From Jimgerdemannia flammicorona (Eukaryota): a stretch of DNA of 50,901 bases. Positions 25,450 through 36,229 of this stretch are shown in pieces (position 1 is the stretch's first letter; each line of letters starts with the position of its first letter). A model generated the notes under the pieces. It did not search any database. It worked only from the letters and a program-made list of their open reading frames with translations, and was not told where the DNA came from. The stretch lies in the NCBI GenBank assembly GCA_003990765.1, contig RBNJ01000025.1, positions 1 through 50,901 on the forward strand. Reading direction: 5' to 3'. A program made the position numbers and the translations under genes.

Positions 25450-27250
25450 GTGTTCTGAATTTCCCATAGGATATCAGATAAGCAGAGGTCCCAGTTGGTA
25501 GGATTGACTTGGGCAAGTCCCTTCTTGATGGTCTGGTGCATTTGCTCAGTTATACCATTGGTCTGAGGGTGGTATGATGTGGTCCTTTTCAGATAGATTT
25601 TGTGAATTTATACATAAGTTATGACTAACTTATTAATAAATTCTATATCACAGTTAGAGATAAGTTTCTCTGAGAGTTTATAACTAAGGATAAGGTTATT
25701 GAGGTGGTTTATAATAGTTGAGATATCTGTAATTTCTTTTGGAAAAGCTTTAGGCCATTTGGTCAAATATTCTACAAATACTAGAATATATTTATTTCTC
25801 TTTAGTATAATTGGCAGAGATCTAATAATGTCTACTTTCTATCTTTAAAAGATGTGAATAAATAGTGTAATTGATTATAATAGTACTGGAAAATTCTTCT
25901 TTCTTTAATACTTCTAGCAGATGTCACATCTCTTGAGTATATATATATATATCTAACTTGTATTCTGAGATAGAGTCAGTATTGATATATTTCTTATAGC
26001 TTTTCTTCTATACTAATCTGTTCTTAATAGGCTTTCTGGTATTCTTGTCAGGTGAGGTCTTTTTGCTCTTTAGTAATTATAAAAATTTTCTTTAAAATGT
26101 GGTTTTAGAGTATATCCTTTTTCTAGTTTATTAAGTTCTGTGAAAAAGTATATTAATATTATTGTAAACTTTCTCTACTTTATAAATAATAGTGATTTTA
26201 TAATTTTATTAGATAAAAATTTAGTAGATAAGAATTTGAATAAGTTTTTTATAGTAGAATAGTTATTTGAGGGCAATATAGTTAGTTATCAGAGTAAATC
26301 TTTTTCTAATAAGATAATACTTAAATAGAGTAACTACTTATATAACTGTAAGATATTTCAATTTAGTATTATCATAGTTAATTTGCTACTTATTAGTAGC
26401 TCAGCTTCTATAAGCTATTATATAGTATTGATAATTAAGTTCTTCTTAGACTAGAACTGCTCTAAGACTATCTTTGGAAGTATTTATATATAAGATAAAT
26501 AGTTTCTGCAAGTTGTATTATATAATAACTAGTACTGTAGTTATGCAATACTTAAGTTTCTTGAAGACTAGCTCTTGAGGTTTCTTTTATTTATATAATA
26601 CTTCTTTTTTAAATAGATTCAAATTAATATTATTATTTTGGTAAATTTTTTAATAAAGCTTCTATAGTAAGATACTAGTATTAGAAAGAATTGTACTTCT
26701 TTTGAAGTCTTGAGTACTAATTAGTTATTAATCTTCTTAGTTTTTCTTGAGTTTATATGAGTTCCTTCTTTAGAAATTACAAATTTAAGAAATTTAAGTT
26801 TCTGTTTTCCAAAGTAGTATTTCTTGGTATTAAGTTTTAGATAGTTCTTTTGAGTAAGTTAAAAGAACTCTTTTAGATATTATAAATGTTTTTTTAAATT
26901 TACTAAATAAATATTAAAGTCATCTATATAAATAATTAAACAGTAGTAAATTAATAATATATAGACTAAGTTCATCATTCTTTGAAAATTAGAGATATAT
27001 TACATAGTTCAAAAGGTATTTAAAGATATTTGAATAGTTTTTCTAAGATAAGAAAGACTATCTTTTGAATATTCTTAAAGTTTATAGAGATCTCATAGAA
27101 TTCTGCAAAGAGAGCTATACTGCTAAAGAATCTAATATCTTATAATTAGTCTAGAAGGTCATTGATTCAGAGTAAGAGATAAATATCCTTTTCTGTTACT
27201 AAATTGAGCTTTCTGTAGTCTATACAGAGTTTCTATCCTCCTTTCTTTAG
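25450..27250 (-). mobile_element. Hypermutated Ty3/gypsy LTR-retrotransposon pol relic (RT ... integrase)
   Basis: On the minus strand: LCIDYRKLNLVTEKD (~27185-27230), IIYIDDFNI (~26910-26937) and integrase TTSYHPQTNGITEQMHQTIK...NWD (~25490-25587). RT-before-IN order indicates Ty3/gypsy. Many stop codons. Confidence 0.88.
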
Positions 27251-28130
27251 TCTCAATCCAATTTATCTCACTTTATTTTACCCTAATACACTCTCTTCTT
27301 CTACTTCTACTCTCTCAAAAACAACTATACTATTAACTACTGTGATCTGTCTATGACTCTTCTTACAAATTTTTTTTATCAGATACTAATAGCAATCTCT
27401 CTGAGAGCTTCACCCCCTCTATCAGCCAGATAGAATATCTATTATTAGCTCCTTTTACCTAGTATACTTTATAGTTAGTAGTAACTCTCAATATTATTAA
27501 AAATATTATTAAAAATATTATTATAAATATTATTATAAAGTAACTTATAGTTTAGCCAATTAAATAGCTATATATAATATAGTAAACCTGTATAAATATC
27601 TCTAATATCTAAAGTGAATAAACTTTAAATAAATAGTTCAAAGTAAAGAAATAAGAGAACTAGTAAGCCTGTAGATATATATACTTTAAACTTACTCACT
27701 TCTGTATCTCTGAGGACTCTAAGAAGTCAAGAAGATCAAGTACTCAAGATAAAGAAATCTGTTGCATTTTCTAAGTTACATATATATCTACTATATATAT
27801 TATAATATATAACTAATTTATATTTTCTATATTATAGAAAATTTAATAGTTGGTTTCAAATATTTCTAAAGTTATAGCTTTTTAAGTATTATAAATAACA
27901 TAATTTATAATCTTTAACTTTATACTAATTTAAAATTAGACTTAAGATCTAATATATAATCAAATGTCTATTTTTTTATTTATATTATATTATAATATAA
28001 AGAAGTATAAATAATATAACTTTAGATAAAAATAGATCAAAATATAAAAATAATACAAGAATACAAATATATATACATTATATAAATGTAAAATAAAAAA
28101 ATTTATCATAAGATATATTGCTTATTTAGA
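27250..28130. other. Extremely AT-rich hypermutated tract, probable TE relic of unidentifiable type
   Basis: Almost no CpG, TA-rich, no ORF; contiguous with the gypsy relic and ends within a few bases of the kinase stop codon. Confidence 0.6.
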
Positions 28131-28135
28131 GTTAG

Positions 28136-31100
28136 TCAGTTTTCCAACTCCACCTTTGCATGATACTTGCTGACAGATCCACTCAAAAACATGAACTCGG
28201 ATACAGAGTCAATCTCAGCTTGGATATTCTCAAGATGTACCACGGCTTCAGGTATGTCATCCAGCCATTCTTCACCAGCAATATCTGTCTCTATACTTTC
28301 AAGAGCTTTCAACACCTCATCAACCGTCGGTCGCATTTCAGGGTCAAGGCTCCAACACCTTTTGTAGATGTCCGAATATTCAGATGGTGTGCCAGGGACA
28401 GGTTCCTCGCGCAGTCCAGGTGAGGTTGTATCGGGCAGACACAGTGCATTTCCGCGAGGGCAAAACCTTGCCGTTAATTGCCATAGAAGCGTTCCAAGAC
28501 AATATATGTCGGATTTTTTCGTGAATGGTGAATTTTTCTTGAACGCTTCGGGTGGAAGATATTCCTTCCGACCATAAATTTGGCCGTCGTGTTTGCTGAA
28601 ATATTGTACAGTGTTGCTTATACCAACGTCAATGATCATGGGATTAACGTTGGGTTTACCAAGGAATACAATATTTCCTGGGTGCAAGTCATTGTGAATC
28701 AGGTCAGCACTATGTATCACTTGCAACCGGCGGGTGATCTCTACAGCAATCTGCCATACATTTAACCAGGAATTGGCTGAAGACTTGGTGAGAAGTTGTG
28801 TAAGATCACCACCAGCAGCATATTCCATCACTATAATATAGCAACCAGTAGTATCATCCATTGATAATCCAATAACTGCTGGCGTTGATACTCTGCCAGA
28901 TTTGTTGAAGACTCGAAGATAGACATTGACTAGTACCTGCATAAGAAATAGAGTAGGTATCTCACATGAGTTAGTTATAGAAATGAATTCAATAGCAGAT
29001 ACCAGAGAGTAATTAATAATCACCTCATTACAGAGTTGATCCATTCCATGAACATTTGCTTTCAATATCTTTAGTGCAACAACTTTTTCTCTTTTCCGAA
29101 TATCATTCACTTTGGCTTTGTATACGATGCCGAATCCACCTTCGCCTAGAATTTCAACTTGGGTAAATTTACTATAAGGTATCCAAACCATGCAAGCTGC
29201 GAGTTCTGCAATTTGAAGCATTGTTAGGCACTTCACGAGCTTTTCATCATCACTGGGGAAGGCGGATTTCAACTTTGACATAACATCGATGTCAGAATTT
29301 TTGATTACATCCATGATCCAACTAAGTTGTAATAATCTTGAGGCTGTTTCGTAAAGCCAGGTCAGTAACCGGAAGTTATGAGTATCTTTGCCAAACGGTA
29401 AATAACAGTTTGCACAACTCTCACATACCATTGAGACTGGATTTGGACTCAGCGAAGAACGCATTCCGCTTCAGAGAATCAGCAATAATATCTAATGTTT
29501 CGTCGCTGATGACATTGTCTGTTGAACAGTAGATGGGCGAGTAAACATTGTGGTGAGCTGGGACCCATCAAGCGGCGGTAAACAACAGTTCACACAGTTC
29601 AAACATACTTTGGAGATACAGTGTGGTCAAGGTCGTGTTCTGCTTCAGAGACTCGGCCAGTATGTGTGCTCCCTCGTCGCCGATTTTGTTGTCTAAAGAT
29701 GGACAGAGGATGGGTGAATAAAGACGCAAGGGTAGTGAGCTGGTATCCATTACGCAGCTGTAAACAGTAGTTCACGAAGTTCAAACACACTTTGGAGATT
29801 CAGCGTGGTCATAGTCGTGTTCTGCTTCAGAGATTCGGCTAATGTGCGTGCTCCTTCTTGGCCGATTCCATTGCCTGAGAAAGGATGAACAAACACGCAT
29901 GGCTGGTGAGTTGGTACCTATCACGCAGCTACAAATTAACAGAGTTGAAACTACCTCGTAGATTCAGCGTAGTCACGGTCGTGTTCTGCTTCAAAGACTC
30001 GGCCAGTGCGCGTGCTCCCTCGTCGCCGATTCCATTATCTGAAGATAAACAGATGATTGATGAGCAAAGACACGCAGGCGGTAAGCTAGCACACATCACA
30101 CAGCTAAAACATACCTTGGAGATTCAGCATAGTCACGGTCATGTTCTGCTTCAGAGACTCGGCCAGTGCACGAGCTCCCTCATCGCCAATACTGTTGTCT
30201 GAAAATGACCAGAGGATAGATGAGCAAATACACACGAGTGGTTCCAAGCAGCAGTTCACACAATTAAAACATACCTTGGAGATTCAGCGTGGTCACGGTC
30301 GTGTTCTGCTTCAGAACCTCGGCCAGTGCGCATGCTCCCTCGCCGATTCGGTTGTCTGAAGATGAACAGAGGATGGATGAGAAAACACGCAAGAATGGTG
30401 AGTTGGAACCCATAGCACCCATCACGCAGCTGCAAATAGCAGTTCACACTGTTCAAACATGCCTTGGAGATTCAGTATGGTCACAGTCATGTTCTGCTTC
30501 AAAGACTCGGCCAATGCACGTGCCCCTTCGTCGCCAATTCCGTTCCCTTAAGTAAAACAAAGGATGAATGGGAAAAGACGTAAGGGTATTGAGCTGATAC
30601 CTGCCCATCACGCAGCCGCAAACAGCAGCTGATATACCTTGGAGACTCAGCATGGTCACGGTCGTGTTCTGTTTAAGAGACTCTGCTAGTGCTTGTGCTC
30701 CCTTGTGGCCGATTCGGTTGTCTGAAGATGAAACAGAAAATTGATGAGCAAATACGCACGGGAGGTGAACCGGTACAAATCACGCAGCTGCAAATAGCAG
30801 TTTACATAGTTCAAATATACCATCGAGATTCAGTGTGTTCACGGTCGTGTTCTGCTTCAGAGACGCGGCAAGTGCACGTGATCCCTCGTCGCCGATTCCA
30901 TTGCCTGAAGGAGAACAAACGATGAATTAGCAAACACGCATAGATGGTGAACTGGTACCCGTCACGCAGCTCAAACATACATTGGAGATTCAGCGTAGTC
31001 ACAGTCGTGTTCTGCTTCAGAAACTCTGCCAGTGCGCGTGCTCCCTCGTGGCCGATTCGGTTGTCTGAAGATAACACAAAATGGATGAGCAAACAGGCAT

Positions 31101-34100
31101 GGGCAGTGAGCTGGTAACCGTCATGCAGCTGCAAATAGCAGTTCACACAGTTCAAACATACAATCGAGATACAGAGCGGTCACGGTCGTGTTCTGCTTCA
31201 GAGACATGGCCAGTGCGTGTGATCCCTTGTCACCGATTCCGTTGCCTGAAAATGAACAGAATATGGATTAGCAAACACTCACAGGTGATGAGCCGCTACT
31301 CATTACACAACTCAAACACACCTTTGAAATTCAGCGAAGTCACAGTCGTGTTCTGCTTCAGAAACTCGGCCAGTGCGCGTGCTCCTTCGTCGCCGATTCC
31401 GTTGTCTGAAGATGAAGAGAGGATGGATGAGCAAACATCCACAGGTGGTGAGCTGGTGGCTATCATGCAGCTGCAAACAGAAGCTCACAGTTCGAACATA
31501 CATTGGATATTCAGCTTGGTCACTGTCGTGTTCTGCTTCAGAGACTCGGTCAGTGCTCGTGCTCCCTCCTCAGCTGATGAACAGAGTATGGATGAGATAA
31601 TACACAGTGATACTCATTCCACAACTGCAGACAAAAATTCCCATAATTTCAACATACCATTGAGATTCCGTTTAGTCAAAGTCTCGTTCCGCTTTAATGC
31701 CTTGTCTATGGCAATTATTATCCCCTTGCCCTTAAACCCATCTACTGAAAAATGCACAAATGCGCAAAGATAAGCTGGATCGAAGCACCCACATTCAAAT
31801 AGTCACACACTGACCTCTGACATACAGTAGAGACTCAGCTGGGAAAGGGTCGTGTTCTGCTTCAGAGACTCGGCCAGAGCATGGCCACCCTTAACGCCGA
31901 TTCCAGTTTCTAAATAAATACGCACACGTCAGCTGGATTGAATCACCCACATTCAAACAGTCATCATACACTGATATCCGATATACTGTTGAGATACAGG
32001 TTGGTAAGGGTCGTGTTCTGCTTCAGAGACTCGGCCAGAGCACGAGCACCCTCATCGCTGATGTGGTTATCTAAATGAATGTGCACAGGTCAGCTGGATG
32101 GATGGAATCACCCACATTCAAACAAGCACACACTGACTTCTGACATACTGTTGAGATCCAGCTGGGTAAGGGTCGTGTTATACTTCAAAGACTCGGCTAG
32201 AGAACAGGCACCTTCAGCGCTGATTCCATTTTCTAAATGAATACGCACAAGTCAGTTGGATGGAATCTCACACATTCAAACAGTCACACACTGATTTTCG
32301 ACATAATTACTTTTGAGATTCAGCTGGGTAAGGGTCGTATTATGCTTCAGAGACTCGGCCAGAGCACAGGCACCCCCAGCGCCGATGCCATTCCCTGAAA
32401 AATGCACAAATGTGCACAGGTCAGCTGGATGGAATCACTCACATTCAAACAGTCACACATTGATTTCTGACATACCGTAGAGATCCAGCTGGGTAAGCAT
32501 CGTGTTCTGTTTCAGAGACTCAGACAGAGCACAGGCACCCTCGGCGCCGATTCCGTTACCTAAATGAATACGCACAGGTTAGCTGGATGGAATCACCCAC
32601 ATTCAAACAGCCACACACTGATTTAGGACATACAGTGAAGATGCAGCTTGGTGAGCGTCGTGTTCTGCTTCAGAGACTCCGCCAGAGCACGGGCACCCTG
32701 ATTGCCGATGCTATTCCCTGAAAAATACACAAACGCGCATAGGTCAGCTGGATCGATTCACCCACATTCAAACAGTCACGCGCTGATTTCTGACATACCG
32801 TAGAGGTTCAGCTTGGTAAGGGTCGTGTTCTGCTTCAGAGACTCGGCCAGAGCACGGGCACCCTCAATGCCGATTTCGCTATCTAAATGAATACGCACAG
32901 GTCAGCTGGATCGAATCACCCACATGCACACTGGTTTCTAACATACTTTCGAGGTCCAGCCGGGTAAGGGTCGTGTTCTGCTTCAGAGTCTCGGCCAGAG
33001 CACGGGCACCGTCATCGTCAATGTCGTTATCTAAATGAATATGCACAGGTCAGCTGGATCGAATCGCCCACATTCAAAACGATTCCCGACATACCTCCGA
33101 GATCCAGCTGGATAAGGTTCGTGTTCTGCTTTAGAGACTCGGCTATAGCAAGGACACCCTTGGTGCTGAAATCATTCACTAAAAAGTGCACAAATACGCA
33201 CAGGTCAGCCGGGTCGAATCACTCACATTCAAACAGTCACACACTGATCCCAACATACAGGAGAGATTCAGCTGGGTAAGGGTCGTGTTCTGTTTCAAAG
33301 ACTCTGCCAGAGCATAGAAACCCTCAGTGCCGATTCTATTCCCTGAAAAATGCACAAATATGCACAAGTCAGCTGGATCGAATCACCTAATCACACTGAT
33401 TTCCGACATACCGTAGAGATCCAGCTGGGTAAGGGTCGTGTTCTCCTTCAGAGACTCGGCCATAGCACACGCACCCTCATTGCCGATTTCGTTATCTAAT
33501 TAAATTAATACGCGTTAATACATACAGGTCAGCTGAACGAATAAAACAATCATACCTGATTTCGGACACACATTCGAAATTCAGCTGGGCAAGAGACGTG
33601 TTCTGCTTCAGAGACTCGGCCAGAGCACAAGCACCCTCGGCGCCGATAGGGTTATCTAAATGAATGCACAAATACGCACTGATCAGCTGGATCGAATCAC
33701 CCACATTCCAAAAGTCACACACTGATTTCTGACATACTGGAGAGACTCAGATGGGTAAGGGTCGTATTCTGCTTCAGAGACTCGGCCAGAGCACGAGCAC
33801 CCTCTACGCCAATGCTATTCCCTGAAAAATGTATAAATACGCACAGGTCAGCTGGATCGAATCACCCACATTCAAACAGCCTCGTAATGACTTCTGGCAT
33901 ACTATTGAGATTCAAATGGGCAATGGTCGTGTCCTGCTTCAGATATTCCGCCAGAGCACGGGCACCCTCGTCGTCGATTTTGTTATCTAAATGAATACGC
34001 ACAGGTCAGTTGGATCGAATCGTCCACATTCAACCAGTAACACTCATTTCTGACATACTTTCGAGATTCAATAGGGTAAGCGTCGTGTTCTGCTTCAGAG

Positions 34101-34251
34101 GCTCGGCCAGCGCGAGTACACACTCAGTGTCAATACGCCCATCTGAAGATGAACAAGAATTGGATGAACAAACACGCTTTGGAACTCGTCAGACAGCTGC
34201 AAACAACAGTTCACTCAGTTCTAACATACTAGAGATCTTCAGCGTTGACAT
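28136..34251 (-). CDS. Intracellular LRR-protein kinase (~1189 aa): 29 RI/NLRC3-type LRR exons + TKL-like kinase domain
   Basis: Exons in transcription order: 34230-34251 (MSTLKIS, tentative start), 34059-34142, 33903-33986, 33738-33821, 33572-33655, 33412-33495, 33259-33342, 33095-33178, 32947-33030, 32799-32882, 32634-32717, 32476-32559, 32311-32394, 32149-32232, 31987-32070, 31826-31909, 31658-31741, 31502-31573, 31322-31405, 31162-31245, 30981-31064, 30821-30904, 30638-30721, 30463-30546, 30275-30355, 30115-30198, 29955-30038, 29791-29874, 29609-29692, 29429-29518, 29024-29343, 28136-28936. Total 3570 nt with no stop when translated by hand. Repeat consensus xNxIGDEGARALAESLKQNTTLTxLxLx. 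Kinase motifs GEGGFG, VALK, HNDLHPGN, DVG, YLPPE, SDIYCLG, CWSLDPEMRP. Confidence 0.9.
29429..34229 (-). repeat. Tandem exon-intron repeat array, period ~150-190 bp, 29 units
   Basis: The core gtcgtgttctgcttcagagactcggccag recurs in nearly every unit, and the introns are mutually similar in two families. Confidence 0.97.
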
Positions 34252-35329
34252 ATTTGTATCAGTGTCGAGCGTGAAGTGTCAAGTGTTGAGTGTCAAATTT
34301 CTAACCCTAATCACTAGCGGAAAGAAATTAGGTGGCTTGTGTGATGTTTCACCTGAAAGCATTAGTCAGAGAAGAAGAAAAAGAGTGTTTGTTTGCCGAT
34401 GATAATAAAGATCAGATTTAAAGCCTTGAACTATTGGAATCCGCGTATATAGGTCACTTTTCAAGCTCAACGGGTTGCTCTACGACGTGTCGCGATAAAT
34501 CCGCTCTTTTCAGGTTATATTTTTTATTAGCAACAAATAACATGGGGGGGGGGGGTGGGGGGCGCGCCGCGTAAGCTCTATGAAAAGTTCTCGAGGGTAC
34601 GTAGAGAACCGTTCAGCTTGCGTAGAGCGAACAGCGATTTCTAGACCCCTTGCGCCATCGTAAATGGGACGCGTCACCAAACACATGCCTCCTTTTGTCC
34701 GATGATAAAAGCCTTGAAAGTATCAATGAGATGATTCCTCCTACCGGTCTCACTAGAGTTATTTTGGTCGATTCCCTGAATATGCTTGGTAATTTGGGTC
34801 ATGAACAGGTAGAGAGCTTGCAGTGAGTGGCGGCCCTGCTGATGATATCGGCCGGTGTTGTTCTGAAAATAGCTGCAGTGTTTGTTGTCACTATTGGTAT
34901 CCAATGTATGGTGCCAGGACTTTGTGATGACGGCCTTGAACTTGGCTTCGGATTCTGGGACCATATACATAAATATTTCTGGATATTGTTCACGTCCTAG
35001 TTGTGGAAGACAGATTTGCCAATCGAGATATCAATGAGTTTGGTGTTTGTGAGCGTGGAATGGTGTGCGTGTGAATCGTAGGAGGCCTTATATATAAACC
35101 TCCGAGTATTGGCAGCTTTGCACTAACTTTATTTTATGACCACCGATTCCATGCAGTTCCCGTTCGGTGAACAACGTTAGCAAAGTGTCCTTGCGCTGGT
35201 GTGATTTTAGGGATATGTTTTAAAGTGTTCGAGTGTAGAAATGAGGCGTACGTAACTAATTATAAATGTCAATGTTCAATGTAAGACCAAATGACTAAAA
35301 GCGGGGGCCCGAATGTTAGCTGAGAACCA

Positions 35330-35705
35330 AGCAACTGGGTTTGGCTAATATGGAAGCCTGCCCGCCATTCGCGTAAGCGAAAGGGGCCAAGTCTTTATTA
35401 CATTACCATTAGGGAAGGGTGGGAGGGGCACAAAACAGATTGCAAGTACAAATGCCTAGATGCGATTACTGGTGTCGTTGAAGGAGAAGAGCGACAAGGT
35501 ACTTTGTCGCGGGCCAGCCTTGAACCTATGGCTTACTAACTATTATTACTTAGCGCTGGCGCATAACTGAAACTGACCTTAAACCACTGGGCGCTGAAAC
35601 TTCAGGGACACTGAAACTGCACTAACTAATGCATTACTGTTCAAGGGTTGCGCGGTTCCGGCCACTTTGCTGAAGTTTGAATTATATTCATAACTCTATT
35701 ACATA
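35330..35705. repeat. Copy of a dispersed non-coding repeat also present at ~1250-1500 and (inverted) ~23930-24300
   Basis: Shared blocks tttggcta...cccgccattcgcgt...gggtgggaggg and ccggccactttgc...ttcataact. Confidence 0.65.
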
Positions 35706-35860
35706 CACACGCACCGTGTATCACGCTGCTGATAAATCCCGATCTCGCATACAAGAAATTCTTCAATCGAGGTTTTGTGGGGACATGCAGTCTTCCTTTT
35801 GTTGAAGATAAAATCCCTACAACCGCTCCATCACAACCCAAAAATGCAAAACAAAAAAAC

Positions 35861-35892
<32 letters not shown>

Positions 35893-36229
35893 TTCCAGGG
35901 ATTCTATGGTCAAGAGCGCACCAACTGTTGCAGACCTGAGGCAAGAAACTCGGTCTACACCCAATTCTCGCGTTGATATTTATTGTTCCCTATAATACGA
36001 TGACGTACAACGCAACAATTTGAAACCTTTGATGTAGCGCTTTGCGTGAGGTGAGTACTGAATACGAGGCAGGTTATAGCGACGGGACTATGTGCCCACC
36101 AAGTTGGAGGCAGCCCACCCTCCACAAAACTAGCTTTGGAAGTGTAATTTCCGACTAGCATGACATTACCTAATCGTTCGTATCGTTTGGTTCATTTTCT
36201 GGCGGACTTCTTGAAATTCTCTTGGTTAA

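Noticed and set aside
28136-29464. The 442-aa ORF as a stand-alone kinase gene
   Set aside because: Its first ~40 codons and the segment 28937-29023 are read-through intron or out-of-frame exon sequence; the kinase exon has a phase-1 acceptor at 29344 that links it to the LRR exons.
29429-34229. CRISPR-like appearance (conserved ~30-bp core with variable spacers)
   Set aside because: The units are GT-AG bounded coding exons with homologous introns in a eukaryotic gene; there are no cas genes and the spacers are not unique.
29885-34402. Plus-strand ORFs across the array (e.g. 31081-31773, 230 aa)
   Set aside because: Antisense shadows of the LRR exons and introns.
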